Numbered from the stretch's first letter, positions 1-12,987 are shown. The stretch is DNA of 64,000 nucleotides from an uncultured Nitrososphaeraceae archaeon (GCA_963825865.1 CAWGVG010000015.1:64001-128000), one strand, 5' to 3'. Translations and numbers: made by a program. The notes: a model not told the origin generated them from the sequence alone.

Positions 1-838
1 AACTTGATGATTTAGAAATTCTAATTTTTTGGCAGCCTCATTGCTAACAATCCATCTTTCATTATCAATCTGTATTTTGACATATTCAATTTTTGGATTC
101 ACCCAAAGGTTAGTGACACCATAAACAGTTTCCGGCCTCAGGGTTGCTGCTGGAATTATGGACCCATCTTCTAACTCATATTTAATCAGCGTATACTCAT
201 TAAAGTCTGGTTCAACATCGCCAATAGTATCATGCTGGCTAACTGGGTTTTGGTCATTTGGACACCAACCAACTGGATGTGAGCCCTGTACAATCAACCC
301 TTTTTTCAGCAGGGTTCTAAATTGCCATGAAATAAACTTTGAATATACTTTGTCGATGGTAGTAAATTCGCGTCTCCAGTCTATCGAATATCCCATCTCC
401 TTCATGCCAAGTTTGATCTCATTATGAAAATAATTCGCAATTTTAACAGGCTCAACAAAGACTTGCTATGGTATTGTCCGAAACATGATAAATCTTCCGA
501 AAGGTCTCAAATAGTTCTTCATCTCCAGATGCAACTCTACGTGACATCCCAAGAATAGGTGTTCCTGTGTAATGAAAACCCATTGGAAACAATACATTAT
601 AGCCTTTCATTCTCATGTAACGAGCATGAGCATCAGCTAGAGTGTAAGTCCTTCCATGTCCGATATGTTGAGGGGAGTTTGGATAAGGGAAAGCTACTGT
701 TATAAAATATTTTTTTTTGGTAAGATCGGGATCGCTATGGAAAATCTTTTTCTCTTCCCATATTTGACGCCATTTTTCTTCAATTGAATTCCAGCCTATT
801 ATTTTTTTATTGTTAGTGGGATCGGTAGCGCTTGCCAT
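1..838 (-). CDS. leuS: Leucyl-tRNA synthetase, N-terminal part (frameshifted near 450; runs off window start)
   Basis: ORF 452..838 has [23 protein letters not shown] (class I HIGH motif) and [10 protein letters not shown]; continues in another frame with IDWRREFTT and TLRPETVYG. Confidence 0.93.
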
Positions 839-845
839 GTTTCTA

Positions 846-3580
846 TTATCCTCTAATAGTTTTCATAACTAATTCTTCTGCCGAAAGCAAGGCTTCATTT
901 ATTTTGTTCCCAAGCTTGATGCTGCCACCGCCCTGTCCAAATCTATCATCACCTCCTCCTGAACCCCCTAGTTGAACTGAAAGTTGTTTTGCTATATTAC
1001 CAGCCTTAATTTTCTTTCTGGCTTTTTCACCTACAAATACAACCACACGTATTCCATGGCTTTTTGACATCAATGCAACATAGATCAGGGATGGATCAAT
1101 TTCTATACATTTTTCACCTATGGCAATATAATATTCATCATCGAGTTCCTCATCATAAACACTGTAATATTTGATGCCATCGAGTGATAGTTGTTTTGCC
1201 TCATCAGATATTGAGTTTGCTATTGGAAGAGCTATTTTTCGGAGCATCGTTTTAATTTTTTTCTTTACCGCTTCTGTTTCTTCTATACTCTTTTGAAATG
1301 ATTCAACAATCTTTTCCTTGCTTGAACCCAGAGACTGTGCAATAGCAGTAAGCTGATTTTCCTGCTTTTGTATATAGTTTATCGCTGGTTCGCCAGCAAC
1401 AAATTCTAATCTGACTACACCATCTTGGATTCTTTCAGCTTTAGTAATTTTAATGATCCCTATTTCACCAGTCTTGTCGACATGGGTTCCACCGCAGGCT
1501 TCAATATCCCATCCCTCAACATTTACAATTCTGACGTTGTTAGTTGGAACTACACCGCCTTGATATATTCTAAAGGTGTACTTTTGTTCAGCATCACCAC
1601 GATCATATATCTTGATGGTGACCGGCAAATCTTGTCTGATTATATTGTTAGCAGTCTTTTCAATTCTCTCAACCTCTTCTCTATTCAGAGCAGAATGGTG
1701 CGTAACGTCAAGCCTGGCATAGTTTTCTTCTTTAAATGCCGAGTTCTGCCAGACCCACGATCCAAGGTTAAATCTGGCAGATGTATTGAGTACATGGGTA
1801 GCGGTATGATGTTGGGTAATCAAGTTCCGTCGTCGGTCATTTACAATTCCATGTACAGCTTTGCCTTCGGTAAAATTTCTAGTATCATGTAATTTATGAA
1901 CTACAATATGTGCTTGCTTTATAACTTCGAGCACCTTTGTACCATCAAGCTCGCCCGAATCAGGTTCTTGACCACCTCCACGTGGATAAAACGCAGTTTG
2001 ATCTAATATGACATATTTCGCGTCCACTACTTTGAGAACCTTGCTAGTAAATTCACGAATTGAATCATCTTCGTAATATAAAAGCCTTGTAGGTGCAAGA
2101 CCATCTATACCATAAATTGGTTTTTGAGTCTGTGCCGAATTTGGCTTGTATGAAGTTCAGCAAGTTTAGTATAGAATGTAGGTGGGATATTCTCTATAGC
2201 TCCGACTTCCATTAAAAAATCTGGAGTAATGCCATCGGATTCATACATCTTTACAAGATCATCGACCATTATTTTCTTTTTATTACTTTTGATAGAATTA
2301 GCAATTGCATTCATTCTTTCTCTAGACCCTACGTATCTGCTGGATTCAATCTGCAATATCGTCCTGACGTCTTCTCTATGCTCTTCAAGTTCCGGATACA
2401 TCTGCTTCAGATAATCAATATGCATGTCAGCGATATCTTCAAGTTTTACACTCCAACCTAATCTTTCCAAAATTGAAAGTGCCCTTCTTAGAATAACTCT
2501 AAGATTATACCCTCCGCCTATATTTGATGGCAAAGCGCCATCTGAGATCGAAAATAATAAAGTACGAGTATGATCTGCAATAGTGTAAATTGCTTCGTAA
2601 GGAGCGGTAATTTTTTCAAGTCTCTCATCGGATATTTTTAATTCTTTAGCAACCAATGATTTTAATGCTTTGATGTCACCGCGCATATCATCAAGTTTAC
2701 CAGAAGCTTGCTCCAAAGTATTTGGATAGAATATCTGAATTTTCAAGGGTTCCACCAATGTCAACCAATTTACTCACTACTGGACCAAAAGAGCAATCAT
2801 AACTTGTCGGTGTTCCCATTGTAATCCACGAAAATCGCTCAAGTCCTGCTCCCATATCGATAATCTTGTTAGCCATTACATGATAGTTGTTTTGGTTTCC
2901 TTCAAATTCGGTAAAGACAGCATTGCCCAGTTCGAGCCCGCACACAAAATATTCTAGAGAATAACCAAATGCACCTGCTCCCATCCAAACATCTTCTACA
3001 AAAGTAATTTCATCTGATTTTATTCCGAGTCCATTTGTAAGCAACCTATAATCCAACTCAATGCACCTGTCTTTCCAATATCCACCTGGTGCATCTGCGT
3101 TACAGATTTGCCCAATCATACAGAAACCTGTGTAGTGTCTGCCACTCAAGCCTACATTTTCAATGTCATTGAAGCGCAAGCACATTTGTGGAACAAGAAG
3201 GGGATTTGTAGGCAATTCAAAAACTACCTTGTTTTCCATTACTCTTTGAAAGTCGACAATTGATGCAATCGTAAAATACAGATCCTCACGCCATCTGCAT
3301 ACAACAGGATATCGTCTGATTACAGAGTGACCATTTGACTGAAAATACTCTTCTATTTTCTTCCAAGCATTAACGTAATCCAGTCGTTTGTTTGTCGGAG
3401 GTTTACCTATAAAGCTATAATCCTCATGATCTGGACAGAAAATCCTTTCAAACTGCGCCCAAAAGAATTTGCCGCAAGCGCTCATTTCTGTCGCCTAAAA
3501 CCCAGTCTATCAAATAATGATACTTTGTAATATCTATCAGGGTCAGATGAAAAAAGAGCAGCAAGTTCCTTTTTCTCCAA
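846..3580 (-). CDS. alaS: Alanyl-tRNA synthetase (split by indels)
   Basis: Fragments 2697..3485 ([30 protein letters not shown]), 2105..2764 (IADHTRT) and 846..2027 (HHTATH, EACGGTH, GGSGGG DHHA1). Probable TTG start at 3580 ([18 protein letters not shown]). Confidence 0.95.
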
Positions 3581-4077
3581 TGCTTGCTATCCATAACTAG
3601 ATACAATATTAATGCTTTTATCAAGGTTAAAAAATAGAAAAATAAGACTTTGACAAATACTGATCTATAAATTTCTGGTATACTTCTTTTTGAGTAGAAT
3701 TATTGGCATCATCAATAAGTTGTGTGCTATCTCTCTATACTTTCTTTGAGTGTGAATCTTCAGATTTTAATACCTTTAGGAAGTCAATACAATGATGACG
3801 ATGACATAATCTTTTTCTTGTTAATCTTCAATTTCTAAAATCATTTTCCTCTGTTGGTGGAGGAAGGTATGTTTACTATCGAATAGACTGTAATCACTAT
3901 GCATTTGGAACAAGATATAATATTACAATAGATTTAGTTTTGTATACATAGACCAATACCAAAACCTAGTGGTTTATACGTTATTTATTTATAAAAATTG
4001 TTGTTCGAGAGTTCTATATTGAAAGGTTAAATTAACCTCTTCGGTATAAAACTCAAGAATAATTCGGGTCTTTAAAA

Positions 4078-5421
4078 TTGAGCGATATACTACAAGAGGA
4101 AGAGATGGGACAATGGAGAAGGACACATTATTCCTATGAAGTTAACTCAAAACTTAATGATAGGGAAGTAGTAATTATGGGATGGGTTTCAGCTATCCGT
4201 GACCATGGTAATATGCAATTTATCACCATAAGAGACAGATATGGAGATATACAAGTTATTGCAAAGAAAAGTGAATGTTCAGAGCGATTATTTGACCAAA
4301 TACAACAGATAAAAGAACACGCCTCAGTCGCGATTCGGGGAAAGGTTAGATCACAAGAAAAAGCACCTAGCGGTGCAGAGGTCATCCCATTAGAATTGAA
4401 GAGTATTTTCTATAGCCAAAAAAGCAGCTCCATTTATGATTCAAAGTAAAAATCATCTGTTGGTATTGATACGAGATTGGATTTGAGGGCGATAGACCTC
4501 CGCAGAAATTTTCTTAAGAAGTATTTTCCATATTCGTCACACTGCTTTAAATGCAATCAGGGAATTTTTGTACAGAACAAGGATTTATCGAAGTAAATAC
4601 CCCAAAAATGATTGCTACTGCTACAGAAGGAGGTGCCGCATTATTTCCAATATTTTACTACGACAGAGAAGCATTTTTGGCGCAAAGTCCTCAGTTGTAT
4701 AAAGAACAATTGACTATGGCTTTTGAAATGTGTTTGAAATAGGACCAATATTTAGAGCGGAGCCATCACGCACTAATAGACATCTTTCAGAAGCAATATC
4801 TATTGACGTTGAGAAGGCATTTGTAGACTACAACGATATAATGCAACTACTTGAAAAGATGATCGCATATATTATTGATTCGATTAAAGAAAAGAACAAA
4901 AATGAGTTGATTATCTTAATCTTGCAATTCCCAAATATCGAATTGCCGTTCCCAAAATATTCCTATTCTGACTAATAATTAGCAAGTTACAGGAGTACAG
5001 GAGAACGTATTAGATGGGGAGATGATCTTCCACCACAAACAATGAAAAACTTGCAAGACGATAGAACTAATGGATTTTATTTTATTACTGATTGGCCTAC
5101 TTCTATAAAACCCTTTTATGTTAAGACCAAAGTTGAGGGTCGATGAGAGATGTGTGAGTCGTTTGATCTCATGTACGGATCTCTTGAGATATCATCAGGC
5201 AGTACAAGAATAAACAGGAAGGACGAGTTATTGGAAAGAATGAAAAAACAGGGATTAAATACACAGCATTTGACTATCATCTTCGAGTATTTGATTATGG
5301 GGTTCCACCTCATGCTGGATTTGGATTGGGTCTAGAGCGTTTACTTATGGCTATTACACAATGCGACAACATACGTGATGTAACACTATATCCAAGAGAC
5401 ATAGATAGGCTGACACCGTAA
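4078..5421 (+). CDS. aspS: Aspartyl-tRNA synthetase, archaeal, probably non-discriminating (split by indels)
   Basis: RRTHY OB-fold start, [46 protein letters not shown], and C-terminal [10 protein letters not shown]; lies directly upstream of gatCAB. Confidence 0.93.
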
Positions 5422-5453
5422 GAAAGATGAGTATTGATAGAAGTGAATATATC

Positions 5454-5733
5454 ATGGTTTCTAATGACGAAATAATAACATATCTGTGTAGACTTTCACA
5501 GATTAGAATTAACAGATGAAGAGATTATAAGATATGAATCCCAGATTGAAGAAATAATCAGATATTTGGATAAATTGGATAGTGTGATCGTTGGCTGAAA
5601 TGTGAGACCTACTTCATTCAAAGAAAGAATTTTCATGAATTAAGAGAAGACAATGCAGAATCTTTCGAAGGTGATGCCTTGGGAATATCAAGAATAGAAA
5701 GGGCGGTTTTGTTAAAGGACCAATGATGCTTAA
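5454..5733 (+). CDS. gatC: Asp-tRNA(Asn) amidotransferase subunit C (frameshifted, not in ORF track)
   Basis: Manual translation across indels gives MVSNDEI...RLELTDEEIIRYESQIEEIIRYLDKLD...GFVKGP; lies between aspS and gatA. Confidence 0.8.
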
Positions 5734-5737
5734 TAAT

Positions 5738-7189
5738 TTGTCTAAATTATACAATCTCTCTGCAGATGAGGTTAATGCAGGCATTAGGAATCGGGATTTT
5801 ACTGCAGAAGAGTATATTTGCCAGATTCTGGAACGAATAGACAAAATTAATGTGAAAGTTAACGCGTTATATCCACTAGATAGAGAAGGCGCATTAGGAA
5901 ACAGCCCGTTTAATAGATAAAAAAATACATGACAAAGAAAAAAACATTGGGCCACTTGCTGGTGTGGCAATAGGTATTAAAGATAATATATGCACAAAGG
6001 GCTTGAAAACTACTTGTGCTTCAAAAATGCTTGAGGAATATGTTCCACCATATGATGCAACAGTAGTTAGGCGATTGAAAGACAATGGTGCAATTATAAT
6101 TGGGAAATTAAATCTTGATGAGTTTGCAATGGGCTCTAGCACAGAGTTTAGCAGGTACGGACCAACTCGTAATCCATGGAATATAGATTATGTTGCTGGA
6201 GGGTCATCTGGTGGCAGTGCCGCAAGCGTTGCCGCATCAGAAGTGCCAGTGTCATTAGGTTCGGATACAGGCGGATCTAGTTAGATGTCCTGCCAGTTTT
6301 TGTTCGGTAGTAGGTCTAAAACCTACATATGGTAGGTTAGCGGTTTGGACTTATACCATATGCCAATAGTCTAGAGCAGATTGGACCACTGGGCAAAACA
6401 GTATCTGATGTTGTGACGATCATGAATACCATCGCAGGTAGCAGACGAATAACGATCAGACTGTCCAAGCTACGTATAGACGTACCAGATTATATTCTCT
6501 CATCCTAAAAAAAAATTCGTATTGGATTAGTAAAGAATTAGCTGAAGGAGCTGACCCACGAAATTTCAAAATGCATCTATTCGCTATGGATTTATTTTCA
6601 CAGTCAGATTGTAAATGTGAGGAAACATCAATGAATTACATTGAATATGCTCTTGCATCATACTACACAATAGCAATGGCTGAAGCCAGCAGTAATCTTG
6701 CTAGATATGATAATATTCGCTATGGTTTCGATTCTAGCTCCTGACGGTTATGAATGGAATGCATATTTTGCAAAGGTCGAAGCAACTTTGGTGGAGAGGT
6801 TAAAAGGAGAATAATTATTGGATCATATGTTCTTTCATCAGGCATATTATGGAAAATATTACATGAAAGCTCAAAAGATTAGAAATTGTTGAAACAAGAA
6901 ATAACCTCATTATACAAAAAATATGATGTTTTGATAGCACCTACAATGCCTATTTTACCTTTAAATTTGGTGAAAAGATAGATGATCCATTAAAGATGTA
7001 TAGGTTGATGTTGATACGGTAATTGCAAATCTTACTGGTATACCTGCGATATCTATGCCAGCTGGATTTAGCAATGGTCTTCCTATAGGTTTGCAAATAA
7101 TGGCGATGAGTCACAAGAGCAAAATTGTTCGATGCAGCATTCATTGTTTGAGAGTACAGACTAATGTTCAGAGGAGTCCTGAACTATAA
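5738..7189 (+). CDS. gatA: Amidotransferase subunit A (many indels)
   Basis: [38 protein letters not shown] amidase signature; further fragments [10 protein letters not shown] and EVKRRIIIG. Confidence 0.93.
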
Positions 7190-7193
7190 TGTA

Positions 7194-8663
7194 ATGGACA
7201 AGATGAAAGTTCCAAATAAAAATTGGTCTTGAGATTCATTGTCAACTAACACGTCTTCAGAGTAAATTATTTTGTTCATGCCATTGTGATTATCGTGAGT
7301 AAGGAGCCTAACCAGAATATATGTCCAATATGTTGTGGACTTCCAGGAACGCTCCCACTTTTGAATCAAAAAGCAGTAGAATTTGCCAGCATGATATCAT
7401 TTGCTTTAGGTTGTAAAATTCCAAGTAAGATAATATTTTATCGAAAGAATTACTTTTATCTTGATCTTCCGAAAAACTTTCAATTGACCCAATATAATGC
7501 ATACGGAATTACTAGCATTGGAGTGGATGGAAGAGTTAGAGTATGGAGACAAAAAATATGCTAGAATTCGAAGAGTTCAGCTTGAAGAAGACCCAGGAAG
7601 ATTAGTTTATGAAGAAAGTAATATCGATACGAGTTTTTATACGCTAATAGATTACAACAGAGCAGGAGTTTCTCTAGTAGAAATTATTACTGAGCCAGAT
7701 TTTACTGATCCAAGAGATGTTCGCATATTCCTCAATAAAATTACTTCCGCTATCGAACACTTGGGAGTATGCAATATCAAGCTGGAAGGCGCGGTTAGAT
7801 GCGATGCAAACATTTCAGTTGTAGGAGGAAAAAGAGTTGAGATCAAAAATATTGGATCATTTAAGGAAACCGAAAAAGCTCTCAATTATGAGATTACAAG
7901 GCAAAAAGCAATGTCAATACATGAGATAGAAATTAAAGCAGAAACACGACACTGGGATGATTCAAGGAAAGTGACCAAACAGGCCAGGGCAAAAGAGGAA
8001 GAACAGGATTATCGATACTTTCCTGAACCGGATATCCCGACAATGATTTTGGGTAACGAATTTTTATCTTCGCTCAAGGCAAAAATACCAGAGCTTCCTG
8101 ATGAGAGAAAAAGCCGTTTTATTACGGATTATGGACTTTCTGAACATGTGTCTCAGGTTCTAATTGATAACAAAGAACTTGCTGACTTTTTTGAATCTGC
8201 AGTCAAAATTTATTCATCACCAAAGGAAATAGCAAATTGGATCGTTTCTGACCTTATGAGATTCATGGATGTGGATCATCATAAGCATTCAAAAGAAGAA
8301 GGTTCTTTGTTTTCTGAGTTGAAAATAGAAGCAAAACATATTGCGGAACTGGCGAAACTGGTTGATCAGAATACGATAAACAGGAACACTGCAAAAAAGA
8401 TCCTCAACCACATAATAAAAACTGGAGAAATGCCATCACAACTGGTCGAAGAGGCAGATGCTTCCAAGATAGATGACAGGAGAGTTATCTCAGAAACTAT
8501 AGAATCAATCTTTGAGTCTGAAAAATCTGCTGTAAAGGATGCAAGACGAAACCCAAATGCAGCCAATTTTTTGCTTGGTAAGATTATGCAATTAACAAAG
8601 GGAAGAGTAGACCCACAGATTGCACTTGATTTAATAAACAGAAAATTAATTGACACAGACTAA
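7194..8663 (+). CDS. gatB: Amidotransferase subunit B (indels in 5' part)
   Basis: [56 protein letters not shown]. Confidence 0.95.
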
Positions 8664-9918
8664 TCTCCTTTCATTTTTTTGGGTGGTATCATCATCTGCT
8701 CCAAATGTTGTATGACCATAGGCAAGAAAGCACCTACATCTGTTACAATTCCAATGGCTTGGGAAGTTCCTCTATCGAGAAGCTTTGTTACAACTGACTG
8801 ACTTATGTCAACAGCAACGACCTTGACTGTTGCAGGCAACATATTCCCGACAGCAATAGAGTGCAACATTGTAGATAGCATCAAGACCATTTCTGCACCT
8901 TTTAGTAATTGTTTATATTTTCGTTGTGCTTCAACAATATCTGTGACAACATCGGGAATTGGCCCATCATCTCTAACCGAGCCAGCCAATACGAATGGAA
9001 CATTGTTAGTATACATTCATACATCACGCCACTTTTTAGAACTCCTTTTCGAACCATCGCTTTTAAAGATCCAGCCTTAAAAACTTCATTAATTGCCTGC
9101 ATATGATTTCTATGGCCTCTTACCGCGAGCGTACCATCAATTACATGCATTCCTAACGAAGTTCCCATCAACGCATTTTCTATATCATGAACTGCAATGG
9201 CATTGCCAGCCAATAGTCCATGTACATATCCCATTCGAATCAATTTTGCAAGAGATTCTGACGCGCCTGAGTGAACAAGGACTGGTCCCGAAACCACTAA
9301 TATTTTCCCGCCCGCCTCCTTAGTATTATAAATGTCAGTTGCCACCTTTTGAGCAATTTGTTGTGTTGGCCGCTCGCTGGAACTATTGCTGCTCATAAAT
9401 TGAAAAATGTCGACACCTTCTCGTGGACGTTCTTGTGGAATTATCCTCACCCCTTGCTCCCCTACAATTATCATGTCTCCTTTTTTTACATCACGTATCA
9501 TTTTACACTCTGCTTTTTTTTTCTCAATATCTAATACTATACACTTGTCCATCATGATATTTTCTACGTCAATCCATGAACCATCATAATATACCTGTGT
9601 AGCGTTGTTTGTCGTGCTGTAAAAGTTGTCAGGCATCACCATATCTTTCACAGCTGGTTCAATAATGACTTGTCGAATAAATATGGGCTGTGCTCCTTCT
9701 CTATAGACTGATTCTAATAACTGATCCAGCTCTTGCTGGTTTTTGCCTCGAATTAAAAGACGAGCATAACTGGATTCTTTCTTTCTCTTTCCGACATTAA
9801 ATTCGAGAACTTGAAAATCACCTTTTAGATCCATGACTTTGTCAAAGATTCTTGTTAGTATCATAGAATCAATAAGATGGCCCTTTACTTCAATCTCTTG
9901 TTCATATTTTTCTCTCAA
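8660..9918 (-). CDS. TIGR00300-type ornithine cyclodeaminase-like protein (frameshifted)
   Basis: [40 protein letters not shown] and [11 protein letters not shown] across ORFs 8902..9918 and 8660..9016. Confidence 0.8.
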
Positions 9919-9966
9919 TTGCCTCTAAGAACAATTTATTGCCTATTGCTACTACTTAAGCATTAA

Positions 9967-10296
9967 TTATACTGGGAGCGACAGTTTACCAAAGTATTCG
10001 TTCAGACCCTGTTCTGCGATAATTTTAGCAATGATCTCGTTTTTGGTTTCCTCAGTGAACCATTGAGCAATTGATTTTGCTATACCATTTTTATCGCAAA
10101 AAGCTATCAAGTATCTATCAGCTTCCTTAACGAGGGCAAATAAATTCTCTTCTCCTACTGGTTCCCATTTATTGTCCTTATTGTCTTTTAACGCCAGAGC
10201 AGGCATGGCGTGTCCTGTATATCGAGTCAAAAGCTCCTGAGCGGCTTTTACGCGCTTTTCACCTATCTTCAGAGCAGCAAAGTACCTGCATGACAC
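9967..10296 (-). CDS. Hypothetical protein
   Basis: 109-aa ORF tightly packed in a co-directional run with the HD-domain and TIGR00300 genes. Confidence 0.7.
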   Translation of the reverse strand: MSCRYFAALKIGEKRVKAAQELLTRYTGHAMPALALKDNKDNKWEPVGEENLFALVKEADRYLIAFCDKNGIAKSIAQWFTEETKNEIIAKIIAEQGLNEYFGKLSLPV

Positions 10297-10298
10297 TG

Positions 10299-10865
10299 CT
10301 ATATTATTGAAATGGGTTTTAAAGCATTTAGGAGCTCTGTTATAAAGTTAGGTTTATCAATTGATAGATGCTCTACAGCAGAATTGAAAAACCTAGCAAG
10401 TAATTTGTGAGAATAACCTTCCTTTGCATACTGTCTAGCCTGCAATGCCATCTCTAGTTTATCTACTCCATGGACAAAGCGAGCCACATCTGTTTTGTTC
10501 GACATGTATTCTTGCCATATTTTTTTATAATTTAATCGAATATCATAAGGCAAGGAACACAAAATAGAATTCATTGCATTTCTTTCTTCTAATAATTTCC
10601 TCTTTTTAGTAACTTCACCAGGCATGTAATCTCCTATTATAGATTCAGCTAAATCATGAAGAATTACCATTTTCAAAACCCGTTCCGTGTCTAACTCTAG
10701 TAAATCTGACAAAACCATGCTTATTGCACACATAGAATATGTGTGGTCTGCTACAGATTCAGGATTATGGACTTTTACCTTTGAAATCCATCCGGCTCTT
10801 TTTACACGTTTAAGCTGTAAAACGGACTGAAAAAATTGAGTTGGATCTATTTGTTTTTTCACCAT
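10299..10865 (-). CDS. HD-domain phosphohydrolase (HDDC2/YfbR-like)
   Basis: LKRVKRAGW, ESVADHTY, LHDLAESIIGD, DKLEMALQA. Confidence 0.88.
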   Translation of the reverse strand: MVKKQIDPTQFFQSVLQLKRVKRAGWISKVKVHNPESVADHTYSMCAISMVLSDLLELDTERVLKMVILHDLAESIIGDYMPGEVTKKRKLLEERNAMNSILCSLPYDIRLNYKKIWQEYMSNKTDVARFVHGVDKLEMALQARQYAKEGYSHKLLARFFNSAVEHLSIDKPNFITELLNALKPISII

Positions 10866-10960
10866 TTCAGAATGTCATCTTTAGCTAACTCAAATCATCT
10901 GTTTTATTTATCTATGTACCCTTTGAGTTCTTTTAAATAAATTGAATTGACGATAAGGAA

Positions 10961-11122
10961 ATGAAACAGAATTATGAACATTTGACTTTTGGTAGGTATT
11001 GTGCTCAAAGTAAAAGTGTATGCCTTCAAGTTGACTTCAATTTTAGACTTACTGGAAGGCTTGCAACGGATCTTAAGGGACTTGAACCAGATGGTGAAAA
11101 AATATGCAAAAATACTTGTTAG
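10961..11122 (+). CDS. Putative 53-aa Cys-containing microprotein
   Basis: MKQNYEHLTFGRYCAQSKSVCLQVDFNFRLTGRLATDLKGLEPDGEKICKNTC*; TTTAAATA box about 25 nt upstream. Confidence 0.4.
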   Translation: MKQNYEHLTFGRYCAQSKSVCLQVDFNFRLTGRLATDLKGLEPDGEKICKNTC

Positions 11123-11232
11123 GATGGACTTAATTACTCTAAAAACTACAAGTAACACAGCACAGAATCCATAATAATTAATACTGAACCTTACCACATG
11201 CTACTATTACATTTGAAATTATTTTCATATTT

Positions 11233-11811
11233 TTAGGAAGATTTCCATGCTACATCCTCAATCTTAAGACGTTTATTTACCAACCTTGCTCCGACAAAAA
11301 AGAGGTCTGAAAGTCGATTCAGATAAATTAGGATCAGTAAATTTATTCTTTGGCTTTTTGAGAGTGTTACAACAGCAGTTTCAGCTCTTCGAGTAATACT
11401 TCTACTTATATGAAGGAATGAAGATTCAACGCTTCCTCCCGGCAGTATGAAGAAGGAGATTGGGACAAGTTCAGTTTCAAATTCATCAATTGCTGATTCT
11501 AAATATAATACCATCTTTGCCTCGGCACGTGGAGTTTTGTATTGGTTTTTTATAGGGTATCTAGGATCAGCCAAATCAGAGCCAATAGTGAATAGGTCAT
11601 TTTGAATCTTTATGAGAATATCAATGAGATCTGAAAACAGGTTTCTATTCTTTAAATTTAGTAATGAAATAACTAACCCAACATTTGAATTTAATTCATC
11701 TATCAAACCATAAGCAATTATTCTTCGATCATTTTTGGAGATGCGTTTACCACCAATGAGGCCAGTTTCGCCTTTATCTCCAGCTTTAGTATAAATTTTC
11801 ATACAGTACAA
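11233..11811 (-). CDS. PduO-type cob(I)alamin adenosyltransferase
   Basis: MKIYTKAGDKGETGL, AYGLIDELNS, FILPGGS, YLNRLSDLFF. Confidence 0.92.
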   Translation of the reverse strand: MYCMKIYTKAGDKGETGLIGGKRISKNDRRIIAYGLIDELNSNVGLVISLLNLKNRNLFSDLIDILIKIQNDLFTIGSDLADPRYPIKNQYKTPRAEAKMVLYLESAIDEFETELVPISFFILPGGSVESSFLHISRSITRRAETAVVTLSKSQRINLLILIYLNRLSDLFFVGARLVNKRLKIEDVAWKSS

Positions 11812-12286
11812 CGGAAGCTATTGATATAATTAATTTCGTTTATTATGAAAATAGAAACTCATAGCTTGTTAGCTTTTAAAAACTGGATCCACACTACCAT
11901 GCACACCCTTACCTTTTAAAATTTCACTAGCTGATTTTCTATAACAGGAAGCTGAATCTCTATATATAGTATAGCACTTAGTGTAGCACAGCTATCATTA
12001 TAACTAAAAGGTGTAGATAGATTCAACTCAGAAGTTTTTATTATTATTGTATCATATTATTTCATATTAATTACCCAAATTATCATTATAAGTAATTATT
12101 TTATTGATCATCAAACTTCGACACAAAATTTAATAACTAAAGTCAAATGCCAAAATCAACCGCTCGCCTATATTGAGTGATTATACTAACGGATTATAAT
12201 GCTTCATACGTTTGCTAAAAAAAGTATGGAGAAAATTGCTTATTCTACTCCTTCTCTGTACGCGGAGACATCCTTATAAAATGAAT

Positions 12287-12458
12287 TTAGTAGGAATGGA
12301 CATCAGATTTATGCTCCCGTAGAGTATTTCTTCTTCTTGAACCGTTCGTTACATTTTTCGCATTTAAAGGGTCTTTCGAACTCCAAAAGAAAACGTTTTT
12401 TTCTCTCTGCTGGACTTTCAATAATAGAGTCTGATCCGGTTTCCGCCATTTTGTTCAT
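12287..12458 (-). CDS. Small C2H2 zinc-finger protein (one indel)
   Basis: Manual translation MNKMAETGSDSIIESPAERKKRFLLEFERPFKCEKCNERFKKK.(fs).LREHKSDVHSY*, a canonical F-x-C-xx-C-xxx-F...L-xx-H-xxxx-H pattern. Confidence 0.7.
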
Positions 12459-12630
12459 AGTTAGTTATGATAAAAAATGTTTCTATGTTTATTTACCTTA
12501 AGTATGATAATTACATTAAACTTATTCTAATTAGTATACTTGTCAGATAATAGCTAAATTTTCAGTCTACAATTCATTTATCTTCATAAGACAAGATTAT
12601 ATAGGATTTATTCAGCTACGTTAGACACAT

Positions 12631-12726
12631 GCCGTCGTAGCTCAGCCTGGGAGAGCACTCGACCCGATATGTTCGGGAGTGAAGCTGAAGACCGAGCTGT
12701 CGTGAGCTCAAATCTCACCGACGGCA
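12631..12726 (+). tRNA. tRNA-Phe(GAA) with 22-nt intron (12662..12683) at position 30/31
   Basis: Acceptor stem GCCGTCG/CGACGGC, D-arm GCTC/GAGC, T-arm GTGAG/CTCAC; intron removal gives CTCGG-CTGAAGA-CCGAG; BHB central helix CACT/AGTG. Confidence 0.93.
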
Positions 12727-12828
12727 CTTTTGAATTGTATTACAAAACAAAAATTGTTTACAATCAATTCAAACAATTGAAGACAAATTTAAAATAGAGA
12801 AATTTCTATTATGATGATTATTATCAAT

Positions 12829-12987
12829 ATGGTTATGCAGGCCTTACAGCGGATATTTTGTGATCACTCCGAGTCATATTCTTTTAGAAGATACAATGAA
12901 TTTAATTTTGAGGAGTTTGATACATGTTCTAGATGTGGAAAGACTTTGAGACAACTAAGAGGTTTTGATGAGGATATTAGAGGCTAA
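12829..12987 (+). CDS. Small putative zinc-binding protein (CxH...CxxC)
   Basis: MVMQALQRIFCDHSESYSFRRYNEFNFEEFDTCSRCGKTLRQLRGFDEDIRG*; TTTAAAA box upstream at about 12788. Confidence 0.6.
   Translation: MVMQALQRIFCDHSESYSFRRYNEFNFEEFDTCSRCGKTLRQLRGFDEDIRG

Noticed and set aside
1425-1892. Antisense ORFs in the track (this one and many others)
   Set aside because: Shadow frames of well-supported genes on the opposite strand.
5454-5920. Apparent in-frame gatC-gatA fusion ([14 protein letters not shown])
   Set aside because: A single indel restores a TAA at 5731 and a TTG start at 5738; the region is error-dense.
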